Source: Vulcanimicrobiota bacterium (GTDB lineage Bacteria; Vulcanimicrobiota; Vulcanimicrobiia; Vulcanimicrobiales; Vulcanimicrobiaceae). Taken from it: a stretch of 64,000 bases of DNA. The notes under the pieces are model-generated. The model was not told where the DNA came from. It ran no database searches and saw only the letters and a list, made by a program, of their open reading frames with translations. The position numbers and the translations under genes are program-made. The DNA lies in contig OY970223.1 in assembly GCA_963714015.1 (NCBI GenBank), positions 224,001-288,000 on the forward strand, in the 5' to 3' direction. Shown here one piece after another: positions 33,941 through 44,327 of the stretch; the first letter of the stretch is position 1; each line of letters starts with the position of its first letter.

Positions 33941-36458
33941 GATTCTTGCCTTCGGCGCAACGGCGCCGTCCCGATCACAGCCAGCAAGGCCGCCGCTTGC
34001 AACAAGGTTGCGGCTGCGTTGAGCGACGTGGCAGCGGTCTGCGGCGAGAAAAACAAATAGACGGTCCTGCGGTGCGAGCTCGGGAGAACCGGCCAGCCGT
34101 TGAAGATCACGTGTACGCGATGTGCATGCTCTGAACGCGAGCCGTCCGACAACACCCAGCCGGCATCGAATGTGCGCGCATACACCAGTTCGCGCGGCGA
34201 TTGCAACGGCGGAATTACCAGCCGAACGAGCCACGGCCGAATCGGATCTGCGCTTACGGGAACCATGGGCGACGGAGTTCCAGCCGTTTGCGCCACAGGG
34301 TGCCAACCAGCGCTGTTCGATGCGATAATTCGGGCGACGGCCGCTTCGCCGCCGACGACCAAATGCAACGGTGAATCGCTCGAAATGGCGGTCCACTTCC
34401 ACCACCGGTAGGATCCGTAAAGCTTCGCCGGCAGCGGCGTTCCGGGGACCGCATTGATTTGAGCATGCGTGCCGGCAATCAGCGCGTACACGTTGCGGTA
34501 ATTGCGGGGAACCGCAACCGTTAGCGCTGCGTGTGACTCGGTTATGACTGGTTCGGAGGAGACGTTCGTGAGCTGGGGCGCGTACCAGGACCAGAGTCTG
34601 TCCGGAGACCCACGACGAATGCAGGTTGTTGCCTTCTATCGACGAGGTAAAGGGCAAAGCCATACCCGGCGGCAGTGATCCATCGGCGAAAAACCGCATC
34701 AGTGCATCTGCAGCCCCAATATTCTCGAGGGACGCCGCGGGCCGATACACCTGCGCCGCGCGAGCGACTGAAAACCGGCGTTGCAGCGCGGACTGACGTC
34801 GCTCGAACGCCGCGTAACGCGCCCCGACGCCCGGTTCAAAAGAGCGCGGCAAAGAAGAAACAATTCCGTCTCGCCAATACGCGCAGCCGAATCCGAGCGC
34901 TGCCGGCAAACTCATGTCCCCGGTACGAGCGGCGCGCAGAAGTGCCGCCTGTGTGAACGCAGGCGAGCCCGCCACGACGCCGTCGTTGACAATCAGCCTG
35001 CCCGGGTCGGCCCCGAATGAATCGGGTGACGCCGCCCGCGCAACGGGCTCGTCGTTCGGGAGCAACGCTTGAAGGTTTTGGGAAGCACAGGGGCTCGAGG
35101 TAAAAGCCGGCGCTTCGATCGCGGGGATCATGCGTTGTAAGCCCATTGACACAAACGGCGCACACACGATGAGAATAACGCCTGAAGCAACGTACTGAAC
35201 GCGCCGCGGTAAACAAGCAATCCCGATCGCAGCTGAGGATTGCAATGCCGAACGCATACAGTACCATGAAGTGATAAAGCTCTCGGAAAATCGTGAACCA
35301 TTCAAACCGTGACAGCGCAAATTGGAGCAGCGGCTGAAGCGGTCCATGCCACCCGTTTGCGATGAGAAGTCCGGCAAGCGCGAAAACGCCGAATGCCGCC
35401 ACCCATCTGCGCGAGACGCGCTGGACGAGACTAACCGCTATTCCAAGCACTGCGAGGATCACGAACGCAATCTTTGCCCACAGATACGGCGCTTGGACGC
35501 CGGCAGGAAGCGCATTGACATCGTAGTGCAGATACCCGCCGATGCGGACGAGATCGCCGAACTTTCCGCTCTGGTCTATCTCCCATTGCGTCGTCGCGTG
35601 TCTGGCAATGAGGCCTCCGACTTCCCCCGGCCCAAAATTTGCGAGGAGGCAGATATTGTGAACGATTGCCAAAGCGACAATGACGCCGAAGACCGATGCC
35701 GTACGCCAAGTCACGCCGGAAGCAGCGCATATCAAGAACGCGAGCAGTGCGCCAAAAAACACGAATTGAATCTGCGCGCTGGCGACCGCAAGGAGCAGCC
35801 CGGCAACTATCGCCGCGATCAGTGGATGTTTCCCACAGCAAGCCCGGCGGCAGTAATACGCAAAATACGGCATTAGGGAATAGGCGGCAATGTAATAGAT
35901 GTGCCCCGCGACAGTCTTTTGAAATGCAACGGGTCCCGCGGCATAGGCAGCTGCAACGGCCCAACAGCTGAAAGCGGACGGAGCAATACCGAGCTCGCGC
36001 AGCAGCGCCAGCATCCCGAGCTGGCTTAACGTAAAGCAGGCAGCAAGAAAAATAAGCAGCACGACCTGCGTAGAGGCGTGTAAATGCACGAGCACGGCGA
36101 AAAAAAACAAAACGAAGTTTACGGTCGGCGAGTCCTGAGCAGCGCCGAAGCCGTTCGGCAACCACGTCGAGAGGCCGTCCAAGAACCATCGATCGAATCC
36201 CACGGACTGCGCAGGCCACAGCCAGTCCTGACGCAAGCCCGGCACGCCGCGGCGCAGTGCGAACGGCACGGCAATCCACGCCGACAGGGCGATGCTCGCG
36301 CAGGCTTGCGCTATGAATTCAAAGCGCGCGGCCGTACGCGCCGTTGCGCCTGCGCAGAGCGTTGAGTGCTCGGCCTTCGATTTCGGCGGCTTTCGACCAA
36401 GAAAATGAGCGAGAAAGTTCCCGCGCTTCGGCCGCGTATTTTGTCCGGAGTTCCTCAT
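33937..36458 (-). CDS. Large GT-C-like membrane protein (DUF3367/AftD- or Rv0226c-like); indels near 35234 and 34597
   Basis: Many TM helices, RQDWLWP, AGHIYY, FRELYHF; three consecutive frames join into one protein ending FDAGW...FNGW plus a TM helix. True start probably near 36330. Confidence 0.6.
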
Positions 36459-37482
36459 TGGTTAGCAGCGCCGCCGTCGCGCGCGCAAAGGAGGCAACGT
36501 CGCCGATGGGCACAGCGATGCGCCCGCCGGTAAAGATCTCTCGAAAGATTTCCAAGTCATACGTTACGCACGGAAGTCCGAATGCCATAGCCTCTGCTAT
36601 GGCAATTCCCCATCCCTCTTCCTTGCTCGGAAACAGAAAAACAGCGCTGGACTGCAGTAGTCTGCGCTTCTCTTCGTCCGATACCGGTCCTGCAAAGGCA
36701 ACTGAGTCTAAAACTCCCAGCTGCATCGCTTGAAAACGCAGTTTGCGTTCGTAGTCTTCCGAACCGCCGCCGACGATCGTGAGCCGCCGATCGGAGGCCT
36801 GAGGCTTTGCAATCGCCCAAGCTTTCAGAAGATCTTCCAAGCCCTTCGTCGGATGAAGCCGGCCCACGTAAATCGCCCCTGCGCGCTCGGTCATTGAATT
36901 GGGAGCGGCGAGGTGTTCGATGCCGTTGGTCGTTACGCAATAGGATTTGCGTCCGGCTAGGCGCATTTGCCGCGCTAAGAGTTCGCTTCCGACGATTACG
37001 TGCTTGAAGAATACCTCAATAAGTAAAAGCCCGAGTTTCTCCGCGGCGTAAGCGATGTAATTCGCCGCGACGGAGCCCTCTCGTTTCCACGGGGGCTCCA
37101 CAAGATGCCAGAGCACGACGGTTGCGCGCGCAGACGCTGAAAGAACCGCAGGGACGACGTCCGGCAAGAAGTGCGACGAGCACAAGATCGCATCACACGA
37201 TCGCACCTTCGGGGCTACGCCGGCCGCAGCGACGCTTCTATAGAGGAAGATCGCCGCTTTGCTATTCGTCAGTGAATCGCAGGAGGGTACGGGTACGAAT
37301 TCCGCCGTAGGCAAGTCGCGCTCGAAAACCGCCCTGGCCTGCTCGGGGGCGAACACGACGAGATCGAAATCCTGCCAGCGCTTTGCAACCTCGACCAGAT
37401 GGACGTGGCCGCCCGCCCTTTCACCGAAAACGGGATCGAAAGAGTTCGCAATGATGGCGATTCGCGGTCGCCCCGAGCGCAC
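36319..37482 (-). CDS. GT4 glycosyltransferase (paralog of 32798-33940)
   Basis: AGGHVHLVEVAKRW, GRLHPTKG, EEGWGIAIAEAMAFG. Confidence 0.9.
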   Translation of the reverse strand: MRSGRPRIAIIANSFDPVFGERAGGHVHLVEVAKRWQDFDLVVFAPEQARAVFERDLPTAEFVPVPSCDSLTNSKAAIFLYRSVAAAGVAPKVRSCDAILCSSHFLPDVVPAVLSASARATVVLWHLVEPPWKREGSVAANYIAYAAEKLGLLLIEVFFKHVIVGSELLARQMRLAGRKSYCVTTNGIEHLAAPNSMTERAGAIYVGRLHPTKGLEDLLKAWAIAKPQASDRRLTIVGGGSEDYERKLRFQAMQLGVLDSVAFAGPVSDEEKRRLLQSSAVFLFPSKEEGWGIAIAEAMAFGLPCVTYDLEIFREIFTGGRIAVPIGDVASFARATAALLTNEELRTKYAAEARELSRSFSWSKAAEIEGRALNALRRRNGAYGRAL

Positions 37483-37499
37483 GAAGCGTTGCGGCCCGG

Positions 37500-39478
37500 T
37501 CAGACTTCTTCAAACTCGCGAAAACGGATTTCCGAAGGTTCCATACGACTCGCTCGCATGCGAGAGCCGTCTATGACCTGCCAATGATCCCGAACTCGAA
37601 CCAGACTGAATGTATCTGCAGCCGCCGCACGTACGATCGCATCCAAAAAACGCTCGGCCGTAGTCTGTCCATGAGAATTGCGCCGCTCGCCGTTCGGCTC
37701 CGAAGCGCAACTGCTGCAACAACGGATTCTTTTGAATTACCCGCAGGATAGGCTCGGAGAGATCGGTGCCCTCGGGGACGATAAGGCCGTTTTGGCCATC
37801 CACGATCGCTTCACGGAGTCCCGGAACGTCATACGCAATTGCGGGAGTTCCACACGCGTTGGCTTCAATCGCGGCGATTCCCCAGCCTTCCATCGACGAC
37901 GGAGTTACGAAGCACCAGGAGCGCTGCAGAAGATCCACTTTACTACGATCGTCGATGTAACCGGCAATCTCAACGCATGACTCCAAGCCCAGATTCAGTA
38001 CGAGCTCGCGCAATGGCCCTTCCTGATCGCCCGAACCCGCAATGACCAGCCGGGCGTCCGGAACCTCGGCACGCACCTTCGCGAACGCCTGAACGAGCAG
38101 ATCGATTCGTTTGTACCGTTTCAAGCGTCCGACGTACGAAACGAGCGGATAAGGGCTCTTCACGCCCGGAACGCAATCGACGTCAACGCCGCTGTGGACG
38201 ATTTCGATCGGCCGCGTTGAAAAGCGGTTGGCGACCATCTCGTCGCGCGTCGTGTTAGAAATCGTCACGAAGCTGGCTCCGCGGTACAACTGAGGCATAA
38301 AGCGCGTTTCCAGCCAGACGAAGAGCCAACCGATTAACCTCGGAAGCTGCGTCTCGAACACCCGTTTGTGCACGTGAAATATCAGGCAAATCTTCGGCTT
38401 GAGGCTAAACAAGGGCGTGAAGAACGGAATGCCGTTCTCCGCGTCGACGATTACGTCAAATCGATTTCTGAAGCGCGTGAGATAGGTCCAGGCGGCGCGC
38501 GCGTAAACCGTAAACCGGTTCCCGACTCGACAAATATGCACGCCTTCCAACACTTCCGAATGAGGCGCCTCTTTGAATCCGGCAGTCAGCCAAACGACGC
38601 GGTTTCCCCATGAGACCCAACGCTTCGCCATTTCGAACAAGTAGGTTTCCGCACCGCCGGCTTGCGGGTTTTTCGGATCGCGCCAGTTGAAGATCAGAAT
38701 GGAGAATCCGTCATGCAGGCGCATGGGCTTGGTCGGAAACAGGCGATCGAAGATCGGAACGGCATAGTGCAGCACGGAATGCCGCAAGCGTAGCCGTACG
38801 AGCGCTGCAAACATTCGAGCCGAAACGGTCAAAGAGCTGGACGCGCGAACCCAGCACGTCGGCCCACTCGGTCGGCTCTTCGTCGACGCGAACCCCTGCC
38901 TGTTTCAGTGCGAACAGCAGCTCGACGTCGAACGCCATGTTCGACGTCTCCAGGTGACCCATAATCCGGCGCAAGGCGGCTTTGCGAAAGACCTTAGCGC
39001 CGCACTGGGTGTCGTGCAGCCGCAGTCCGAAGAATGCGCGCACGAGCGTATTGAAACTACGACTCGCTATGCGGCGTTTCAAAGACTGCGCCTGACGTAT
39101 CCGCGATCCGCGGATCCATCGCGACCCAACGACGGCGTCGCGATCGCCGAGAACGCCGAACAGCCGCCTCATCTCGATTGCGGACGTCGAACCGTCCGCA
39201 TCGGCGAAGCCGATAACATCCGCCCGAGCCACGAGAAATCCGGCCCTCACTGCACCGCCTTTGCCGACCGGATGATCGATCTCGACGTACTCCACGTTGG
39301 AGAATTCGCTCTTGATCTCCCGAACGAGTCTCGAGCTGCCGTCCGTGCATCCATTGAGAATGACGATCACTTCCGAGTCGGCAAACTCACGCGCGTAGGA
39401 CCGCAGCGTCGGGCCGATTCGAGCCTCCTCGTTGTGAGCCGGAATGATTACCGAATAGAGCGGCTTGACGTTACTCAC
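37500..39478 (-). CDS. Fused GT2 (polyprenyl-phosphate glycosyltransferase-like) + GT4 glycosyltransferase; indels near 38832 and 37664
   Basis: GT2 part: IIPAHNEE, GKGGAV, DADG, DTQCGAK, FDVE. GT4 part: NWRDPKNPQAGGAE, GRLKRYKR, EGWGIAAIEA. Removing one T joins RVQLLTVSARMF. Confidence 0.75.
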
Positions 39479-40794
39479 GCGGCCACGGCTTCTTCACTAT
39501 TTGCGCGTATTGTGCTCACGAACCTCAATTTGAAGGAACACCCCATCACCGCAGCCGCGTTGCCGATCAGCAGAATATGAATTACTTCCCACAGCGAACG
39601 GTGGTAGAAAACGATAGCGGCGGCTTCGGCGCAGAGCACGATGCACAACGGGACGAGGAAATCAAATCGATGCAAGCCGATCTTGTAATTGACGACGACC
39701 GAGAGACAGGCAAGTAAACCAATTGCCAAGTCGTATTGAAAAACGTAAGCGGCCCCGGCCGAAAAAGCGTGTCCGGCGAGAAGCGAGAGCGCGCGCGCCG
39801 GTTCTATGCCGAAGATTGCAAGCACGGTGCCGGCCATCACGACGGTCCCCAGCGTTGCCTGCGCAAGCAAACCAGTGGTGGATTCGCTCCTCTTTGCTTG
39901 TGCAACCGCCTTCGGCAAAAGGATCATCGGCAAGAAACTTACGAGGAATAGAATGACTTTTCCGGTGAGGTTGACGGCGGCGTAGAGCCCGGCTTCGTGC
40001 GCATTGAAGTAATGCTTGACCAGCACGACGTCCATGAAGCTCAGCAGCGTCATTGCCGCAGTTGCGACTGCTACGCCCAAACAGGTCTGAACGAGGCGCC
40101 GCAAGTCCAATGACAAGCGTACTAGCTCACCAGGCTGGGCGCGATGAACCCGCACCGCCCAAATCGTGTAGGCCAGCGCCAACGTGGTTCCGCATAGCCA
40201 TCCGGCCATCGCGCCGAAGACACCGTAGCCTGCGTATACTAAACCTACACCCAAGAGCACTTTGAACAGCACTTCGAGCGTCACGGATACCGAATACCGA
40301 CGGAAGTCCTGTTCGCCTTGAAGGATGCCGCGCACGCTCGGCATCAGGAAACCCAGCGCCATGATCGCGACGCAGAGGGTGATTGTCGCGTCGTTCGGGA
40401 TGTGCAAGAACGAAGCGACTGCCGAGCGCAGCATCATTCCTGCTGCAAACAGAATTACGGCGGCCACGGCAGTCCACTTCAGTAAGAGTTGAGAGAGCCT
40501 CCATAAGCGCGCATCATCGGCGACCGCGTGGAACTCCGCAGTGTACTTGACGATGACCAGGTTGGCAACGGCTGCGGGAATGGAAACGATGATCAGGCCG
40601 TTGATCAGCGACGAGAGCGCAGCATAGTTTTCGACGCCGATTCGGCGGCTTATCGCGAAATTGAACGCATAATTGAAGACATTGCACGCCATCGAAGCGC
40701 CGAATACGAGGGCGCTGTGCCGCAAGAAATCGTTCCGAAGCGCCCGCCTAATCGGGGCGGCGAAGCCGGCTTCAGCCAAGACCGCTATCGTCAT
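39475..40794 (-). CDS. Oligosaccharide flippase (Wzx/MOP family)
   Basis: About 12 TM helices; RGILQG, DVVLVKHYF and AGLYAA motifs. Confidence 0.85.
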   Translation of the reverse strand: MTIAVLAEAGFAAPIRRALRNDFLRHSALVFGASMACNVFNYAFNFAISRRIGVENYAALSSLINGLIIVSIPAAVANLVIVKYTAEFHAVADDARLWRLSQLLLKWTAVAAVILFAAGMMLRSAVASFLHIPNDATITLCVAIMALGFLMPSVRGILQGEQDFRRYSVSVTLEVLFKVLLGVGLVYAGYGVFGAMAGWLCGTTLALAYTIWAVRVHRAQPGELVRLSLDLRRLVQTCLGVAVATAAMTLLSFMDVVLVKHYFNAHEAGLYAAVNLTGKVILFLVSFLPMILLPKAVAQAKRSESTTGLLAQATLGTVVMAGTVLAIFGIEPARALSLLAGHAFSAGAAYVFQYDLAIGLLACLSVVVNYKIGLHRFDFLVPLCIVLCAEAAAIVFYHRSLWEVIHILLIGNAAAVMGCSFKLRFVSTIRANSEEAVAA

Positions 40795-42335
40795 GCGATC
40801 GGCGCCTCGCTATTTTCGGGCGGGCTCGGCAGATTGCGCACGAACTTCTGAACGATCAGGCTGAGCGCCATCTTCAGTTCTTCAACGCCCAAGGCGAGCG
40901 AACAGGCGATGAAAGCCAGGCCGCCGATCGCGACTTGACCAAACAAATACCACGCGCGGGAGATCAGCGTCGCTTCAGGCGTTGCGCCTAATGCGGCAAT
41001 CCAGTGCAGCGTGGCAACCATCACGCCGGCGCTGATGCCGATCTTCAACGCCGATACGATTAGGGCTCGCCAGTCGATGTGATGAATGATGCGGCTCACC
41101 AGCACGAGCAGCATGACGGCTTGCATCGACTGGCTCAGGGAATTTGCCAGCAAAAGGCCGCGAGCGCCGAGCGTAGGAAGCCACGTCACCGAGAGCAGCA
41201 CGTTCACGACCACAGTGAAGACCGAAATCGCCACGGTCCAGCTCGTCTCTTTGCATGCGAAGGCGCATCGCGTCAGCACGACGTTTGCTGCGAGCGCCAC
41301 CAAGCCGATTGCCGCAAACGGCAGCAAGCCCGCGCAGAGATCGGTCGCTGACGCTTTGAACGTCCCGCGCTCGAACAGCGTCTGGACCATGGGGTGCGCG
41401 AGAACGATCAGCGCGCAGACGCTCGGAATCGTTATGAAGTTCACCAACCGCAAGCCCATGGTCACGCTGCTGCCGAGCGCGAGGCGATTTGCGCGCGCGA
41501 AATGTGAAGCCAGCAGCGGGAAGATCACGGTCGCGATCGCCGCCGCAAAGATCTGCTGCGGGAAATTCACCAGCTTCGTTGCGTAGTTCATGCCGGCCAT
41601 GTAGCCCGGGCTTAGCGTCGAGGCGAAATAGCGATCGAAGAAAAGTGCGATTTGACCGGCAGCCGAACCGATGATGATCGGTCCGAGCAGATCCCACATC
41701 GAATGCAGCCCAGGATGCTTGAGGTCGAGCATGAACCGGTATTTGCGCGTCCAGAGCAGCGCCGGGACCTGAATCAGCATCTGCGCGAACAGACCCAGTG
41801 CGGTGCCCAGCACGAGCGAATAGATGCCGAGCTTCGCGTTGAGCAGCACGACGCAGGCAATCGTCGTAACGTTGAGGGCGATCCCGATGAGGGAAGCCGA
41901 GCGAAACCGCTGGTGGGCGTTGAGGATGGCGCTGAAGACGCCCGAGAGGCTCACCGCGACGATACTCGGCATGAGCCACCGCGTCATTCGGATCGCAATC
42001 GCCATCTGCGGCGCCGGAAAACCGTGCGCGATCAGCGGCACGTACAGCGGCGCAAAAACGTAGCCCAGCACTGCGCCGACCGCCAGTATAAGGAAGAGGC
42101 CGTTGATAATCGTATTGGCCAGCCGCCACGCCTCGTCGTCCTTGCCTCGAGCGATATATCCGCTGAACGTGGGCACCAGCGCGCTCACCAAAGCGCCGTT
42201 GAATACCCCGAACAAGATCGTGGGCACCACGGCGGCGGCGAGAAAGGTATCCATTTCCCACTGAGTGCCGTAGTAGCGGGCGTTCACGACCTCCCGAAAA
42301 AAGCCGAGCAAAGTGGACGCCAACGTCGCAGCCAT
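40791..42335 (-). CDS. murJ: Lipid II flippase MurJ (true start probably further upstream)
   Basis: LLGFFRE, GALVSALVP, DRYFAS, NYATKLVNFP, LFERGTF. Confidence 0.9.
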   Translation of the reverse strand: MAATLASTLLGFFREVVNARYYGTQWEMDTFLAAAVVPTILFGVFNGALVSALVPTFSGYIARGKDDEAWRLANTIINGLFLILAVGAVLGYVFAPLYVPLIAHGFPAPQMAIAIRMTRWLMPSIVAVSLSGVFSAILNAHQRFRSASLIGIALNVTTIACVVLLNAKLGIYSLVLGTALGLFAQMLIQVPALLWTRKYRFMLDLKHPGLHSMWDLLGPIIIGSAAGQIALFFDRYFASTLSPGYMAGMNYATKLVNFPQQIFAAAIATVIFPLLASHFARANRLALGSSVTMGLRLVNFITIPSVCALIVLAHPMVQTLFERGTFKASATDLCAGLLPFAAIGLVALAANVVLTRCAFACKETSWTVAISVFTVVVNVLLSVTWLPTLGARGLLLANSLSQSMQAVMLLVLVSRIIHHIDWRALIVSALKIGISAGVMVATLHWIAALGATPEATLISRAWYLFGQVAIGGLAFIACSLALGVEELKMALSLIVQKFVRNLPSPPENSEAPIA

Positions 42336-42408
42336 GACGAAAAGCGCGGACCCGGCAAGGGTCTGGCTCGTCGAAGGTTGCGTGGGCTGAATCAGCCGGA
42401 GCTGTGCT

Positions 42409-43083
42409 CTAATGGGCGCCGTCCTTACGAATCACCGCAGGTATGGTCCTGACCAAGATGACGAGATCGCGCACCGGGGACCAGCTATCGATGTACTCGT
42501 TGTCCAGGCGCATCCATTCGTCGAATGCCACCCCGCAGCGTCCGGCGATTTGCCACAGGCATGTAATTCCCGGTTTTACACTGAGACGCCGCATGGCATA
42601 AGCGTCGTAGTGCTCGACCTCACAAGGGAGCGGCGGACGCGGACCAACCAGCGACATCTCGCCGCGAACCACGTTAAAGAGATTCGGCAATTCGTCGATG
42701 CTCGTCCGGCGCAGGAACGATCCGAGCCGATGCAGCCGCGGGTCGTCTTTGATCTTGAAAACCGGCCCCTCGAGTTCGTTCAAGTGCAGCAGATCCTGTC
42801 GCATGTCGTGCGCCCCTTCGACCATCGTCCGCAGTTTGAACATGCGGAAGCGCCGCCCGTTCAAACCGACGCGTTCTTGACTAAAGAACGGCGAACCGCG
42901 ATCGACGAGCACGATGGCCACACAGGCGATCGCAATGATGGGCAGCGCCAGCACAAGCGCCAAGCCGGCGCCGGCGACATCCGTCAGGCGCTTTATCGTG
43001 CTCCACGACGAAGGGACGGCGCGCGCACGGGGAGTGACCCAGAGTTCGGCAACCGTAACGCGATCGCTTTCGACTAGTTGCAT
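42409..43083 (-). CDS. Polyprenyl-phosphate phosphoglycosyl transferase (bacterial sugar transferase)
   Basis: KRLTD, FKLRTM, DDPR, SIDELP, MSLVGPRP, KPGITCLWQ. Confidence 0.93.
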   Translation of the reverse strand: MQLVESDRVTVAELWVTPRARAVPSSWSTIKRLTDVAGAGLALVLALPIIAIACVAIVLVDRGSPFFSQERVGLNGRRFRMFKLRTMVEGAHDMRQDLLHLNELEGPVFKIKDDPRLHRLGSFLRRTSIDELPNLFNVVRGEMSLVGPRPPLPCEVEHYDAYAMRRLSVKPGITCLWQIAGRCGVAFDEWMRLDNEYIDSWSPVRDLVILVRTIPAVIRKDGAH

Positions 43084-44204
43084 AGCACGCGCTCAAAAGC
43101 GGCGGCTACGGTTTTGCCGACGCAATCCATGCCTTCGATAATGCCCAATTCGGCGCCCGGCCGCCTACTGAGATGTACGAACGGAACGTATTCGCGCGTG
43201 TGATCGCTGCCGGGAGCAGTTGGGTCGCATCCGTGATCGGCGGTGAAGATCACTTCGTCACCCTCGCGCAAAAGCGACTCGAGCTTCGGAATGAGTACGT
43301 CCAGACGTGCAAGTGCGTCGCCATACCCGCGAACGTCGCGGCGATGGCCATATTTCGAATCGAAGTCATTGAGATTTACAAAAATAAAACCTTGTTCCAC
43401 TCGCTCGAGCAGATCAAAGGTCTTGCCCATACCTTCCTGATTATCGGCAACGCGGACGCTGCTCTGAATTCCATGACCGCAATAGATATCGCAGATTTTG
43501 CCAACGGCGTGAATAGGGACTCCCCTGCCCGCCAACTGATCGAGGAGACTCTCGGGCGGTTCGATAGCATAATCCCTGCGATTGGCAGTTCGCAAAAAAG
43601 CGCCCGGTTCACCGACGAACGGACGCGCAATTACGCGGTTGACGGCATGGGGACCCGTAAGCATGTTGCGCGCGCGCTCGCACCAGTCGTACAGAAGCTC
43701 CAACGGAACGACCGCTTCATGCGTCGCAACTTGGAAGACCGAATCCGCCGACGTATACAGAATCGGCCGGCCGGTCGACAGATGTTCGGGCCCGAGTTCC
43801 TCAATGATCTCGGTTCCGGAGGCCGTTTTGTTTCCGAGCGGCTCCTTGCCGGTAATTCGCGTGAATCCGTCTACGACTTCCGGCGGAAAGCCGTCCGGAT
43901 ACGTCGGAAACGGCACGTCCGTGATAATGCCCGCCATTTCCCAATGACCGGTGATCGTGTCTTTGCCTTTGCTGCGTTCCTTGAGCCGCGCTACTCGCGC
44001 TGCAGGCGATGGTGACGGCGGAACACCGCGAATAGCGGTCAAGCAACCAAGCCCTAATCGTTCGAAATTGGGCAAATGCAATCCGCCAAGCCGCTGGGCA
44101 ACGTTCCCGAGGGTGTTCGCGCCGGGTGCGTCGCCATATCGATCCGCATCCGGTAACGCGCCCACACCCCCCGAATCGAGAACAATTGTCACAAATCGGG
44201 TCAT
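43074..44204 (-). CDS. deoB: Phosphopentomutase
   Basis: IVLDSGGVG, GKDTITGHWE, YTSADSVFQ, RVIARPF, GHRRD, TADHGCDP, DHTREYVP. Confidence 0.97.
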   Translation of the reverse strand: MTRFVTIVLDSGGVGALPDADRYGDAPGANTLGNVAQRLGGLHLPNFERLGLGCLTAIRGVPPSPSPAARVARLKERSKGKDTITGHWEMAGIITDVPFPTYPDGFPPEVVDGFTRITGKEPLGNKTASGTEIIEELGPEHLSTGRPILYTSADSVFQVATHEAVVPLELLYDWCERARNMLTGPHAVNRVIARPFVGEPGAFLRTANRRDYAIEPPESLLDQLAGRGVPIHAVGKICDIYCGHGIQSSVRVADNQEGMGKTFDLLERVEQGFIFVNLNDFDSKYGHRRDVRGYGDALARLDVLIPKLESLLREGDEVIFTADHGCDPTAPGSDHTREYVPFVHLSRRPGAELGIIEGMDCVGKTVAAAFERVLCN

Positions 44205-44327
44205 CTAACCTCACGCGATTCGCAGCGGCCAGTGTTCTGGCCTGCCCATATTAGTCTGCCTCGCCGGCCCGGTTGCTTCAATGAAAAAAGCATGAGAGAT
44301 GCGGCGGGTTCGTGAATCGGAGCGCCC

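Noticed and set aside
32798..35377. 859-aa ORF as a novel membrane protein-GT4 fusion
   Set aside because: It is a chimera of the middle frame of the upstream broken gene and a separate GT4 starting at GTG 33940.
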